Shown piece by piece: positions 11,501 through 21,482 of a DNA stretch of 64,000 nt. This DNA comes from Histomonas meleagridis 2922-C6/04-290x. Lineage: Eukaryota; Protista; Parabasalia. How positions within the stretch are numbered: position 1 is the first letter of the stretch; every line of letters begins with the position of its first letter. The notes beneath the pieces are model-generated. The model was not told the DNA's origin. It worked only from the letters and a program-made list of their open reading frames with translations, and did not search any database. The DNA lies in NCBI GenBank assembly GCA_020184695.1, contig JAANOX010000269.1:186001-250000 (forward strand). The letters run 5' to 3'. Both the position numbers and the translations under genes were made by a program.

Positions 11501-13713
11501 CAAATATAAAAAATTATAAAATTCAAATTTATCAGAAATTTTTCGATTCTTTCATTGCTGAAAGTCCATTTTTTATTACTTATTACGAAGACATTTTAAC
11601 ATTTTTGAAACATAATATTCCAATAGATTTAAATGACTTTGGACAAGAATATATAAAAAGACTTTGTTTAATGTCATTGTATACGAATTTGACAAAATAC
11701 CCAAAAATTAATAACTTCTTAAATGAACAACAGATTTTGTTGGACGAACAGATCTTATTACCTTTGAAGTCATATTTCCCGGAATTTTTGACTGATTTCG
11801 ATCAGATGCAAATTATTGGCAAAGAATTTAAATTTGAACTTCCGAAAGTTCCTTTCCCTAAAGTCTTAAATTACAACAGCGTAAAACTGCAAACAATTAG
11901 TGAGAACTTGAAGAGAATTTTGTTGTATAACCAAACGACAATTAGAGGTTATCCATTTCACTTGTTAATTCACTTATGGATAAAGTTCACAAGTAAGTAT
12001 CCACCGTTTAATATTCAAGAGGTGTCAAATTGCGTATACAAAATCAGTTTTAAATACTTTATACCGAAGCAAATCAAAATCATCTCAAAAATTGAGTCGA
12101 CTAAATTCCAGTTTTCAATAGATTCAGTACGTTACATCAATTTGAATAATAACGAATTATTTTTTTTGCCAAAGAATAAATCGTTTTATTTAAAAATGAG
12201 CACTAAAACACAATTTTACTTTAAGTGTAAGAAAGAAAAGAATTTAACAGAATTCATTAAGAAATATAAAACATTTTTTATTGATGAAATTAAACAATTT
12301 ATATTCAATTGGAACACAAGTTTTGATATTTCATTAATATCAAATTTCTCGAATGTTATGATGTCATCGAATTTGTTAATTAACAAAATCGATCCGAAAT
12401 TAATAATAAATTTAATTGATACAAAATTCCAATTAAATTTGTTATGTATTCGTTCATATTTAATTATATTATTAAATTGGTTATTTTATTATAATAATAT
12501 TTCATTTGATGATAATAACTCATCACGAAATATTTTGATTAAGTCAATGTTACCAAGTTTAAGGAACAAAAGATTCGTCGAATTAATTAATGAAAAAAGT
12601 AATGATGAAACAATACAATTCGAAGTGAATCGGAAAGAATCAATACAATTACGGAATGGAGATATCAATGACTTAAACAAATCATTGATTAATCAATTCG
12701 TTAAATTAAATATTAATCCTTTGATACTTCGGAAAAAAGGTTTACAGCCATTTAATGTTCGATTTGTTGATGAAATTGGTGTAGATGCAGGTGGTTTAGC
12801 TCGTGAATTTGTAAATGAATGTGTTAATGATTTAACATCGATGAACTGCGGATTATTTATATCTTTAAAGAATAATAATGAAATAATTCCGGTCAATGAT
12901 CAAAAGGTTTTGAACCATCATTCATGTTATGTATTTGTTGGAGCTTTAATAGGAATTTGTATTCGGACTAATTTGGTACAAAATTTTAATTTCGCTTCAA
13001 TCGTTTGGGAATATTTGGCTTCTGGGAACTTAAACATCCAACAGATATTCGAAATAGATAATGACTTTAACCAGTTAATCAAAGATTTAAATGACGCATT
13101 AACAAAAAAGACATCAAAAGAAGATTTTGACATCAAATTCGGCCAATTGAAATTTGAAATAAAAAATATGAGAGGTGAAGTGATACCGTTAAGTCAAAGA
13201 GGAAGAGTTGAAAAAGTGACGCTCGAGAATTGTAATGAATTTATTGCGTTGGCAATCGATTATAAGTTATCGGAATTAAGAAATAACTTACAGGATATGT
13301 ATGAAGGCCTATGGGGGAACTTAGGGTTTAAGGCACCGGCTTTTATAACTGCACAAATGTTGGAAGAATCTGCTTGCGGTGAAAATGAATTGACATTTGA
13401 TATATTGTCAAGGATTATTAGGTTCGAAGGAATCTCTGGTGAACAACAAAGACAGTTCATAAGAGTTTTGAAACAATTTACAAACGAACAAAGATTATTG
13501 TTCTTAAGATTTTCAACCGGTAGAGCAAGACTTCCGTTGAAGATAGAAAAGGATTTCTGTATCATCGTGAACCATACGCCAAGTAGAGATTATTTGCCTT
13601 CGGCTTCAACTTGCTTCAATCAGTTTCATTTGCCTTTTTATTCATCTTTCGAAAAGATGTTTAATATGATTAGAATAGCGATAGAGAATACAGAGTCGTT
13701 CGAAAATAGGTAA
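5581..13713 (+). CDS. Giant HECT-domain E3 ubiquitin ligase (2710 aa)
   Basis: C-terminal HECT: VRFVDEIGVDAGGLAREFV, FLRFSTGRARLP and LPSASTCFNQFHLPFYSS (catalytic Cys). The N-terminal region is beta-propeller-like. Single uninterrupted ORF. Confidence 0.93.
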   Translation: MRTSNRQNQSSTPDEDETISNSVEIFNVFLDELSLSKIFERTDPEETNQQNKQTDNILSNETYFVDILLNPLIYTQYDSHFKVWQKIIAPAFTKNQENTPMSYRTLQSYFSFLKLRSKNLHTDSEILQSKKESQEQELIRNLHVIRSIYKKPNIDLSRFLNYDLINDPLEISTQFRNSIVDYSSCLSALLYGINSYDLTLVLESLFHFMIDNYSPVNSSLFPFNEFFLPISKLSLVNSIDFIGHKFLHKIPLNGIKKFKLDSSHSKSLICCNNGKRIYVLGSHSKISVLSLSRNIVQNESRLRTIDFKMPKIEAINLFITSSNGYILLGGPYMKNYKILKQNPFSISENEPTYKSLDEDTKVFIPKPILPLCSDGYYIYSLNSNKLISIFSLESNTIIFHKTIELKQGTNNLNPNYPKLIPNEFHTDSYMYTNGATLSFLIPYQNFDSKRFRYFVRNFSLLNGIHINDIIINLPFELISITFDPWNKVEWALAINSNKLYLEKFEVYGSMPIWITGINNYYVYDYESIIDFFFIIIEKFISHFIGCNIKSIINSYQQYNLETEQFFSPNNKNEFYRIIITFLNFFIDYIIDSNDVNSIKYIQTLISLLQYNLSNSLKPLLKSVQENILNCFIQMLKNEKFNRIYKLIIYTLISSFNSLFKNNYESCSLIFEIIFQKLKIENIIFYISLIQDTNKICYLFNSNTINLIIGNLFDVLVNNKKPNYLTSDEMEFLSTFQYSLLIEINKIYKNNIDSKLKETFFTYSQLILQKIIQFIMISLYEIHSNLNRILFSPFVQLFRKFILLLQNLTSYYEISSNLIYSILPTFTAFLQYLNKIQKNEFENINFYNNKIQTKYSFFLEFYSVYIDIIFCNLDDKNELKILMKYPFLNNIKNIDIPNNIIKISNNEIFEKMILSNKKMSLFIGKITNEEKNILGLIFEAFSKQILNKNNNKNTTDDIHLIIDSVIKIYSEMKLIKQQSLKNKMINYNNYIKNIKQKSQIILNLTNCNENSLNLIKNFQMFILDDFNLSIIKNINKIQRNISFTLNLITKTLNTKINFNYILYLLEKFEKIDPNNFIITLNYTKKIDKKDHIGYSFVIELLKILKKLMTKNIFSNNFKVFYLNFLNIIGKFDSKSFNKNLMNLILNNKLPKNFLFLIISFYFGMKFQNPNLKLTNIKCDKDNIDDINFFILLIKTGNQNPYKFKDIKNYFYKCSPKYYHLISLLLFEILQKSKNKIKIFKWILNEISLICLGIQNCDNENNTSNSYINGCCELIEILKLCLTYENETKNVLYELIKNILMKKKTDKLYSVFAILSNSIKNIRINSLIERNNEIFYIININYEKKIYFCYKIPINDESIIIEINFNEDIKPISNYPFKPNLFKEIDLLIPYFINALNNDIKSPLNYYILSSLSIYLKEKEFLQKFLLRKFTLNSFDFNNSKNDFLLLLKMNLNMKSLGFKNQIHFDDKFYNSDFTKINCKITKNEIITQEENEFNLFVSSILSQNQINFLEIDVDSDVNFGIQNFSVTPSNTLTYLYSTKTKQFIYNSYLITKKIDENIKNFLVIYNPFKKKVKFYTKNIKLNSFKINGKNICFIIQTFTKTKINYKIYSKINSFNYNCPYSGKIIFHKQKNNKILYDKSAKVILQNNLIQMKCKTFLKLRNNIIGNNSFIIYPNDIPINFTKLKQNNISNIKTPIFITKTKNFLTNLIIKTENNKYIYPLHPNYYQFLPTNIINFYSTSIINNIQNETKNEILFYTFYNNIFTDLNEIFEIFSLNYNNLIEYIIYLLIYIEPINLNTKKLINFGINVIDLQISNKYLHKITLMNLINLMKKNTNLFIDKLFDYLMNLFNNTSEHFILKNHPNALTISLKHIQKNKTILIPNANYLLIFKSDFSCNTSNKTLVKLLTNNKIIEIKNEIYIIKNNEITFGNINENINNNLIILPIYNNINVSFYGTFLRLIITLKYFIYFIKVFGVTNIKNYKIQIYQKFFDSFIAESPFFITYYEDILTFLKHNIPIDLNDFGQEYIKRLCLMSLYTNLTKYPKINNFLNEQQILLDEQILLPLKSYFPEFLTDFDQMQIIGKEFKFELPKVPFPKVLNYNSVKLQTISENLKRILLYNQTTIRGYPFHLLIHLWIKFTSKYPPFNIQEVSNCVYKISFKYFIPKQIKIISKIESTKFQFSIDSVRYINLNNNELFFLPKNKSFYLKMSTKTQFYFKCKKEKNLTEFIKKYKTFFIDEIKQFIFNWNTSFDISLISNFSNVMMSSNLLINKIDPKLIINLIDTKFQLNLLCIRSYLIILLNWLFYYNNISFDDNNSSRNILIKSMLPSLRNKRFVELINEKSNDETIQFEVNRKESIQLRNGDINDLNKSLINQFVKLNINPLILRKKGLQPFNVRFVDEIGVDAGGLAREFVNECVNDLTSMNCGLFISLKNNNEIIPVNDQKVLNHHSCYVFVGALIGICIRTNLVQNFNFASIVWEYLASGNLNIQQIFEIDNDFNQLIKDLNDALTKKTSKEDFDIKFGQLKFEIKNMRGEVIPLSQRGRVEKVTLENCNEFIALAIDYKLSELRNNLQDMYEGLWGNLGFKAPAFITAQMLEESACGENELTFDILSRIIRFEGISGEQQRQFIRVLKQFTNEQRLLFLRFSTGRARLPLKIEKDFCIIVNHTPSRDYLPSASTCFNQFHLPFYSSFEKMFNMIRIAIENTESFENR

Positions 13714-14155
13714 TTTATTATATAATAAAATATAACTTTAGAATAAAAAAAAAATGAAAATTTTTGAATTATTACGATAGAATTTTCAAAGTGACGATGG
13801 ATTTTTCAATGGAAAATAGTTTTCGTTTGTTAAAAGTTTCTTTGAGATAAATTCAATAATAATTTATAAGAATTAAAAATCATAATGTTACAAGAAATAA
13901 TAATTGATGTGCATGGTTAATGATTTTCAAAATTTAAACTTTGAAAGCAAAATACAGATGTTGTGACATTATTTATTAAAAACAAGAAGAAACTCATAAA
14001 ATGCAAATGATTTAATCATTAATTAAATTTTTTTTTTGTTTGGATAACAAATGGTATCATTATTTTGAACACAAATATCTGAAAAATATATAAATTTTCA
14101 TTAGGGTGCTTCAAAAACCGATAGAATTTTTTTAAACGGCTGAAATTATAGAGTA

Positions 14156-16765
14156 ATGTTTCTTCAATTTTTAGGATTTTGCATTTCATTAAATGATAAC
14201 TTCACATTCACCTGTTACACAAAGGATAAGTACTATTCATCAAAATTATGTGCAGATTTACCAATAATTTGTAACTTAAAATCTCAATATGATGACATTA
14301 AATTCAAAAAAATCAATTGGGATTATAATAAAGAATGCACTTACGAGCCAAATGTTAAGAAAACAACATATATTAAATTTTCTTGTCCTGCAAATAATTA
14401 CTCATTAAAAATAAATATAGAATATAAAAGAAAGGGATCTAAAAGTAATAAGTTTACACATAGCGTAAATCTTAATTTTGAAGTTTGCAATGAGTATCAT
14501 TGGTATGTTAAAAATGATAATATATTAAATGGTACTTCTGAAATTGAAATATGGCCAATAAGTTCTTTATCAGGAAGTGAACAAGAGTTAAATCAAACAG
14601 CAGTTGTTCCATCAAATGAATCAAAGGAATTTTCATATGCATTAAATCATCAACAAATAAAACCTATAATAACATCTGACCCATTGTCACAATTCTTTGC
14701 AAATAGCACATTCTTTGATGATTCTAAGGCAATTTGGAAAACCAAACTATATTTTAATGAAATGAGTAATTTTAGGATACACGTATCATCAAACGGGAGC
14801 ACCCTTCAGCATCACCACATTCACGATGCTGTTCATACTCTTTATCCACAAATAATTAATTTTCAAAATATCTTTGAAAATAATTTTGATGCTAAAAAAG
14901 TTGATAAGCAAAGGGTTAGTTTTAATGTAGGCCTTCAAAAAATTCGTAGACATCCTACATATAAAAATATTGCATTCATTTATTCAAAACCTTATCTGAT
15001 GACAACTTATAATGATTTTGATACATATGAAATATTAGAGTTTTCTAATAATGTTAATGATATTGTTATGACTTCAAAAGGTATTTTTTATGTTTCGGAT
15101 TCTTTTCTTAATTTTTTCGATTTTGAAAATAACCGAAAATTTAACGGTCCCCAGATCAAAAGCAAAATTAAAAAATTAATATCAACAAACAATTTAATTA
15201 TTGCTTTTGATGATTCAAATGGCTTTTACTATTCAACTAATTCTGTTCAATTCAGTTATTTTAATGATGTTAAAAATCAAATAATTGATTCTTGCATTAT
15301 TACTCCAAATAATGAACTTGTTTCATTCTTGGTCTTAATAAATGAATCGTATTATGTCAAAACATTTAAGATCAAAGACAATAAAATAAAACTAAAAAAA
15401 GAATCATTTGTCGCCAAATTAGATGTTTTAGGAAAGGAACATTCTCCTTTCCTCTCACCGAATGACTTTGGCCATTTGTTTGTTTGTGGAAAAGAAATCT
15501 TTGTTTCGACTGATTATTGCGGAACATTTTCAAAAATTGAACATATTATTAGTGACCATTCTAATGATTTTGGATATGTTTTAGACATAACATTTTCTAG
15601 TGACGGATTTATTTGCGTTTTAACATCAAATGGATATATTTATCTTGGAAAAATTGATCAAAACTTTCTTATTCAACTTCAATATCTTGGATTTACAAAC
15701 TCAAAGGTATCCTTTGACTCATATGATAGGTTGTATTTGTTTAGTTTCCCATTTATATTAAATCAAAATGAAATTATCAAATATCCAATTCCCATTAAAA
15801 GTGAAATTTCACTGTTTTCAAAACGTTTCCCATATGAAATAGGTGATAAGTGTCCAATAAAATCATTTACTGTTGACATTCCAAATTCAACTAATCTGAT
15901 ATATCTTGATAAAAATTCCAAAGTTAATGTAACCATTACTATTGTATCTGATATAGGAATTCATCCAACAATTCGTGCATCTGATGCACATATACTTCAT
16001 AGAGTATCAACAGATGAATTTGATAAATTTGTTTCTAAAAATAAAACAACCAAAACAACAATAACATCATTAAAGCTCAAATCTCAAAAAGAAGGATTTG
16101 ATCATTTAATTATCTCTGGAACAAATAATTTTTCATGTTTAAACTCATCAAAAATTTTGAATATATATTCGGGGTGCCCCAAACATCGCACGTTAAGAGT
16201 CAAAAATGAAAAAAATTTAAATTTATTTTATTCTAAGACAAGATTTAAACCAGAATTAGCTATATATGATAACAACGAATTTATTTCAGATGTTGATTCT
16301 GATTTTGTTGTTTTTTCACATGATACTAATAATAATAAAATTAGATATTGTTTAACTGCTAAAGAAGCAAAATGTAAAAGAAAGCCTCAATCATGGGCAA
16401 TGTTTAATAATTATAAGGATTGGAATAAGTCATCATATGTAAATTGTTTTGATGGAAATCAAAATGATTTTTATGAAGATGAACCATATAACATTTTGAA
16501 CAACACTAATGATAACTGTGTCATTTTGAATCCAAAAAATGCGAAATATCATTTCACGGCCATAGTTTTGGATCCTGATTATTCATTTTGTGATTTGTCT
16601 GTTAATTTCACTGTGAACGTTTTTGGCGAACCAATGAATGTTTGGGTTTCGATTTTTATGATTTTAATGATTTTATTGGTTTCGTTTGTGGTTATAATTG
16701 CGATTCATTTTTATTTGAATATTAAACACAAAATGAAAATGAATGCGAAAAGAAAGAAAACTTGA
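14156..16765 (+). CDS. CATSPERE: CatSper auxiliary subunit epsilon/delta-like type I membrane protein
   Basis: Signal peptide, large Cys-containing ectodomain, then VDSDFVV...AKCKRKPQSW...WNKSSYVNCF...EPYNILN...YHFTAIVLDPDYSFCDLSVNFTVNVFG, a single TM and a basic tail. This matches the CATSPERE C-terminal motif series as I recall it. Confidence 0.78.
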   Translation: MFLQFLGFCISLNDNFTFTCYTKDKYYSSKLCADLPIICNLKSQYDDIKFKKINWDYNKECTYEPNVKKTTYIKFSCPANNYSLKINIEYKRKGSKSNKFTHSVNLNFEVCNEYHWYVKNDNILNGTSEIEIWPISSLSGSEQELNQTAVVPSNESKEFSYALNHQQIKPIITSDPLSQFFANSTFFDDSKAIWKTKLYFNEMSNFRIHVSSNGSTLQHHHIHDAVHTLYPQIINFQNIFENNFDAKKVDKQRVSFNVGLQKIRRHPTYKNIAFIYSKPYLMTTYNDFDTYEILEFSNNVNDIVMTSKGIFYVSDSFLNFFDFENNRKFNGPQIKSKIKKLISTNNLIIAFDDSNGFYYSTNSVQFSYFNDVKNQIIDSCIITPNNELVSFLVLINESYYVKTFKIKDNKIKLKKESFVAKLDVLGKEHSPFLSPNDFGHLFVCGKEIFVSTDYCGTFSKIEHIISDHSNDFGYVLDITFSSDGFICVLTSNGYIYLGKIDQNFLIQLQYLGFTNSKVSFDSYDRLYLFSFPFILNQNEIIKYPIPIKSEISLFSKRFPYEIGDKCPIKSFTVDIPNSTNLIYLDKNSKVNVTITIVSDIGIHPTIRASDAHILHRVSTDEFDKFVSKNKTTKTTITSLKLKSQKEGFDHLIISGTNNFSCLNSSKILNIYSGCPKHRTLRVKNEKNLNLFYSKTRFKPELAIYDNNEFISDVDSDFVVFSHDTNNNKIRYCLTAKEAKCKRKPQSWAMFNNYKDWNKSSYVNCFDGNQNDFYEDEPYNILNNTNDNCVILNPKNAKYHFTAIVLDPDYSFCDLSVNFTVNVFGEPMNVWVSIFMILMILLVSFVVIIAIHFYLNIKHKMKMNAKRKKT

Positions 16766-16808
16766 AATTGTTTTTTATAAATAAATATTAATGTTTGATT
16801 TACTTGTT

Positions 16809-17793
16809 TGCATGTCATTAAAAAATTTCTCATTTCCGAATACAGTTAAATGGATCAGAGATTATTCATTTTGTGGATATGAAAGCTTAAAAGAAATCAT
16901 TATCGGAGATAATTTAAATGAAGTCTGGTCTTCTGCATTTCAAGAATGATCTAAATGAGAAATAGTTATCATAGGTGAAAAAATAAGGATGAATTGATCC
17001 TTAAACATTTTATTTTTGCAAAACTTTAAAGGCGGTTATTATTGGAAGAAATGTAAGTGAAATCAAAGAATTTGCATTGAGCAGTTATAAGAATCCTGTA
17101 TTTATTTTAATTAATGGAGTCAAAGAACCAACAATAGAATCAACTGCTTTCGATTGCACTGTCCCAGCTAATGATGTAGTTATAATATCAAGTTTATATC
17201 ATAATACGAGTTTGGTACATTTGAAATACTAAATATGTCAGATGATAATGAATGTAATAAATATTTTTGGCAAACACTCACTATATCAAATGCATATACG
17301 AAATCAAATAATTTTACAAATTCAATAACATTTTCTTTATATTTATTATCAAATACATTTACTCAGTCAAGAATATTTACACTATTATATGCATTCACAA
17401 ACATATTCAAACGTGTGTTCAGAATCAAAATTTCTACAGAGATTATTTTCTGTAATAATTTTTTTTTCATATTCATTAACTTTATTACATTTAAATTCCA
17501 TATGCAAACATATGTCATTAGAATATATATATATATATATATTGCAATTTAATTATTCCTTACATTAACTAATTCAAGTTATACATATATTTTCAAAATT
17601 GCTAATTTATGATAACACATTTTATCAATATTTTTCGTATTACATATTTTATACAACAATTACTCAAAATGACACTCAACGTGACCAAAGCACATCAAAA
17701 AGTATCATAATTGGTGTCATATGTGGTTCAGTTGCAATAATTCTTTTGGTCATAGGAATAATTATATTTGTTTGTGTGTATCCGTCAAAGTAA
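16809..17793 (+). pseudogene. BspA-like (TpLRR) surface protein relic with S/T-rich stalk and TM
   Basis: CMSLKNFSFPNTVKWIRDYSFCGYESLKEIIIGDNL...SAFQE*SK*EIVIIGE, with in-frame TGA at 16947 and 16956 and frameshifts. FT.SN-type stalk repeats occur at ~17280-17400. TM remnant IIIGVICGSVAIILLVIGIIIFV (17599-17793). Confidence 0.75.
17523..17542. repeat. (AT)10 microsatellite
   Basis: Direct reading of the sequence. Confidence 0.9.
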
Positions 17794-17914
17794 AAAACAA
17801 ATTTCACAAAAATATTCCGAATTATAATTCTTTTCAACACTTTATTAAATTAAAAATAAATTGGTAAAATTTAGAGGAAAAAAATTAGCTAAAATTTAGC
17901 TTTTAGAAATCATT

Positions 17915-19078
17915 TCAAATTACGACTGCGAAAATTGTCGCAATTAAGCCAACAACCAAAGTGTACGAAGTTAAACTCTTCAATCTCAATCCAACAGATT
18001 CTGTTTCAGTCTCAGTTTCAGCTTCAGCTTCGCTTTGAGTTTCAGCTTCGCTTTGAGTTTCAACTTCGCTTTCGTCTCCTCCTTCAGATGGCATAAATTC
18101 TAATAATTTGTTCTTTTCCACAGTATATTTAATGTTGCTTGGAATACCCGATAAGTCAAGATATTTCTGGTACAATTCATTTACATATATTGTCAATTCG
18201 AAATTTTGAACATTTTCCCAATTGCCAGTAAAGTTTAATCCGATTGTTGCGTTTGGTAAGTATCCATAATCTCTATAGAATTCGACTTCATGTGATCTAT
18301 TATACAATCTATCAAACATAAGTCTTGAAGGTGATTCAAAATATATTTTTTGCGATTGAGGTTCTGTGACGCCTTCTGGAAGTATCATCTCAATGATCAT
18401 TGGCCAATCAGCATATGGATCAGTCATTAATGTTATTCCTTTTAATGTTGTTTTGTTGTTTAGTAAAATGTTATCTTCATTAAATGTAATCGATTTAAGT
18501 TGATAAATATCGGTGCGATATATTTTGTTCGGGGAATGATATTGTGGCTTTTCGAGTACTTCTAAATTCGTCATGATAAGATTATTTGCTGTTAATGAAC
18601 TGGAATTATCTCGAGATGATATGCCATTGATGATCAATGTATCAAATTTCATGTTGTTGAAGTCAACATTTGTGCCTCCATCGATGTATACTAAAGGAAG
18701 TGAATTTGAAATATCATAATTGCTTGGTGTTAGATTAACTTTGCACACAGAGGAGAAAAAATTAAAAAATGGAAGTTTGTCATCAACGTTATCTAAATCA
18801 ATTGTAAGATCTTTCGAAATCTCAACATAAATATGCGAAAATTTACCAACAAGATCAGAAAGTTTTACATTTTTTGGTGGATTTGGTGTTATTTCATATT
18901 CGATATTAGATACAGCATTAGCTGCGTCATTACATAATTGTTGATAATATTCATCATCTGGATGTTCTTCAGCCATTTGATGATAAAATTCCTCCATAGT
19001 ATAAAAACTTTCGTCGTTTCCAATAGAGCAGTATTTGAATGAAACACTTGAAACAAGGGAAAAATACAATAACAACAT
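17915..19078 (-). CDS. Orphan type I or C-terminally anchored surface protein with acidic EAET(Q)S linker (paralog of 27696-28853)
   Basis: ATG 19078 gives signal peptide MLLLYFSLVSS. An 18-nt repeat encodes ETQSEA units before the C-terminal hydrophobic segment. Aligns with 27696-28853. Confidence 0.8.
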   Translation of the reverse strand: MLLLYFSLVSSVSFKYCSIGNDESFYTMEEFYHQMAEEHPDDEYYQQLCNDAANAVSNIEYEITPNPPKNVKLSDLVGKFSHIYVEISKDLTIDLDNVDDKLPFFNFFSSVCKVNLTPSNYDISNSLPLVYIDGGTNVDFNNMKFDTLIINGISSRDNSSSLTANNLIMTNLEVLEKPQYHSPNKIYRTDIYQLKSITFNEDNILLNNKTTLKGITLMTDPYADWPMIIEMILPEGVTEPQSQKIYFESPSRLMFDRLYNRSHEVEFYRDYGYLPNATIGLNFTGNWENVQNFELTIYVNELYQKYLDLSGIPSNIKYTVEKNKLLEFMPSEGGDESEVETQSEAETQSEAEAETETETESVGLRLKSLTSYTLVVGLIATIFAVVI

Positions 19079-20084
19079 CTGTTTGTGATATATCAACTCC
19101 ACCTTTTGAAAATTTTACATTTCACAATTTTAATTGAAAATCATTTCACTTTTGACAATTTTGAAATAAAAAATGCCAGTTTGTCAGAAAAAATGCCAAT
19201 AAAAAACAAAAAAATTTTATTCATTATTATAAAGATGCTTAGCCAATATTTTGATTCTATAATATAACGATCAATTTTAATGTTCCCTTCTCTAAAATTT
19301 AAATAATGAAAATTTCAGAAAAACCTGTTTTTGTGTCAGGTAAATATAATTTCACGATAAAAATATTATGTGTGTGCTTACACTCTTTCTTAATAGTACG
19401 GGTCTGGTGGTTTCTTGTGGTGAAAAGTGCCATGATATAGGTTGTAAATGAATTTGACATTAAATTAAAAAATTCACGAAGTGACGACACAAAAGTGTCA
19501 ACTTTACATCGCCAAGAAGTTAACGTTCTCTGTTTCTGGCGTGCATAAACGTTTGGTGATCATACAATTTAATAAATTATTGAAAATTTAAAATCTAATA
19601 AAATTGTAATAAATGAAATGAGGAATGTGGTAATTGGAGAATCGATGATTATATTTGAGCAACATATAATTATTAACATTTTACAGCAAATTGTTTGAAA
19701 CTTCTCCAGGCGAAAAGAATACATCAAGTTGATTGGGCGGATAGACCTTCGCCAATTATGAAGACAATTGTCCAAAATGAATTTGCTAATTAAACACAAA
19801 AAAAATTATTTCATAATTTGATTTGTTAACTTAAAAGTAATGATGAAATATAAATGAGTTTAACTGTAGTAATATTTTATTGATATATGTGAACAGAATA
19901 ATCTACATATATATAGAATTACAGAACATAATGTTAATGAAGCAGTATTTTTACTGTTATTAATATCTTATTTAAATATTTTCCAATCAAGTTATTTCAT
20001 CTCTTTTTCAATTCAAAATCATCTATTGTTAATTTTGATTTCTTTTTATTCTAAAATATTTCAAAATTCGGCAAAAATATTATT

Positions 20085-21482
20085 TTATGATAAAGATTGT
20101 TTGGAATTTCTTGACATACATTCAAAAAACGTCTGTTTCTTTTTCATATTATCGTCTATGTTCCAAGGAGACTTCAAATCCTTAGAGAACTCTCCGCCAA
20201 TTACCATATCATAGTCAATCATGTTCAATCCGATGACTTGATTTTCGCCATTGTTGACGATAATTTCCATCACTTTCTCATCTGCCAACATTTCATCGAT
20301 GACTTTAGACATTTGGTCCAACATAGACTTAGAATATCCATTACCTTCTTGGAAAATTCCGGTTTTTTTCCAAAATGCAAATATATTCTTAACGTCCGGT
20401 TTCGACGAATTAGGGTCAGACTTACGTTCCTTGGCAAAATCTTCGAAGTTTTGACCAAGGAGCTCATTTATAGTGTTAATGATGGAATCAACATTTCCAA
20501 CATCTTCAATGAGTGAAATAAAAGTTACGTTGTCGCACGTGCGCCACGAAGCAACAACAGGACAAGGTTCTTTATTATTATTATCAATACCAATATCGGT
20601 TGGTGAGATATGCAATTTGATCGGAGACGTATTATTCCGTTGAATAATGGTTAGTATGTTGGTGACCCAATGAGGCATTGTGGACAATATGACTTCGGTG
20701 TCATGGGTCATAAGACAGCCCCAAATATGTGGCGACTTTTTTTTGATGAAATAAAAAAGCTCAGTGGCAATGGCAAGGTGAGCTTTGGACCTATAGTTGT
20801 ATATAGGCTTGGTAGAAAAGGTTATAGGTGAACGAAGGTTTTGAATAGTGGGAATTAATTTTGGCTTCTCATCTTCGGGGGGAAGTTGTTGGCTGTTATA
20901 TACAATATTAAAGGTAAAATCGCGAAATATATATTCGTTTTGTGTACATACTTTCTTGATTCGCTTAATAGTTTTGATCTCGTCATCGCACTTAGAAATT
21001 TTCTCATTGAATATATTAAGAAAATCAATGGTGCGTACGAGAGAATGCTTTGTTGATGTGAGCGTAACGGAATTGGGCATTTTTAATAAGAATAAAATAT
21101 AATTGCCAGTACTTAATTTTTTGGATTGAACCGCAATTTCAGACTGACTCCAAGAAAATGATGTTAAAACATCACCAAGATTAAGTCGGGAAAAAGTGGT
21201 AAAAGATACTAAAACTCCAACAATTGCTTGTTGAAGTGTGGTTGGAATGTTTTTTGGATATATATAAATTACATTTTCTAAAATACCACTATCATCTTCA
21301 TCTCCTTTTTCTCCTTGGTTAACTGTTTTATAAAGAAGAGATAAAAAACATGGAAAAGCTTCTGGTGGATTATTTGCTTCCCAATATTCTTCAATAGATA
21401 AACCTCTTGATTTAGGTCTTTGTTTCCACATTTTTTGGAACGGCACAATATTTTCATTGTTTTTTTTAGATGATGATAGCAT
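20085..21482 (-). CDS. CCZ1/HPS4/INTU-like longin-domain protein (Rab GEF subunit)
   Basis: FLSLLY...GEKGDEDDSGILENVIYIYP...QQAIVGVLVSFTTFS resembles the first longin domain of CCZ1. Confidence 0.6.
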   Translation of the reverse strand: MLSSSKKNNENIVPFQKMWKQRPKSRGLSIEEYWEANNPPEAFPCFLSLLYKTVNQGEKGDEDDSGILENVIYIYPKNIPTTLQQAIVGVLVSFTTFSRLNLGDVLTSFSWSQSEIAVQSKKLSTGNYILFLLKMPNSVTLTSTKHSLVRTIDFLNIFNEKISKCDDEIKTIKRIKKVCTQNEYIFRDFTFNIVYNSQQLPPEDEKPKLIPTIQNLRSPITFSTKPIYNYRSKAHLAIATELFYFIKKKSPHIWGCLMTHDTEVILSTMPHWVTNILTIIQRNNTSPIKLHISPTDIGIDNNNKEPCPVVASWRTCDNVTFISLIEDVGNVDSIINTINELLGQNFEDFAKERKSDPNSSKPDVKNIFAFWKKTGIFQEGNGYSKSMLDQMSKVIDEMLADEKVMEIIVNNGENQVIGLNMIDYDMVIGGEFSKDLKSPWNIDDNMKKKQTFFECMSRNSKQSLS

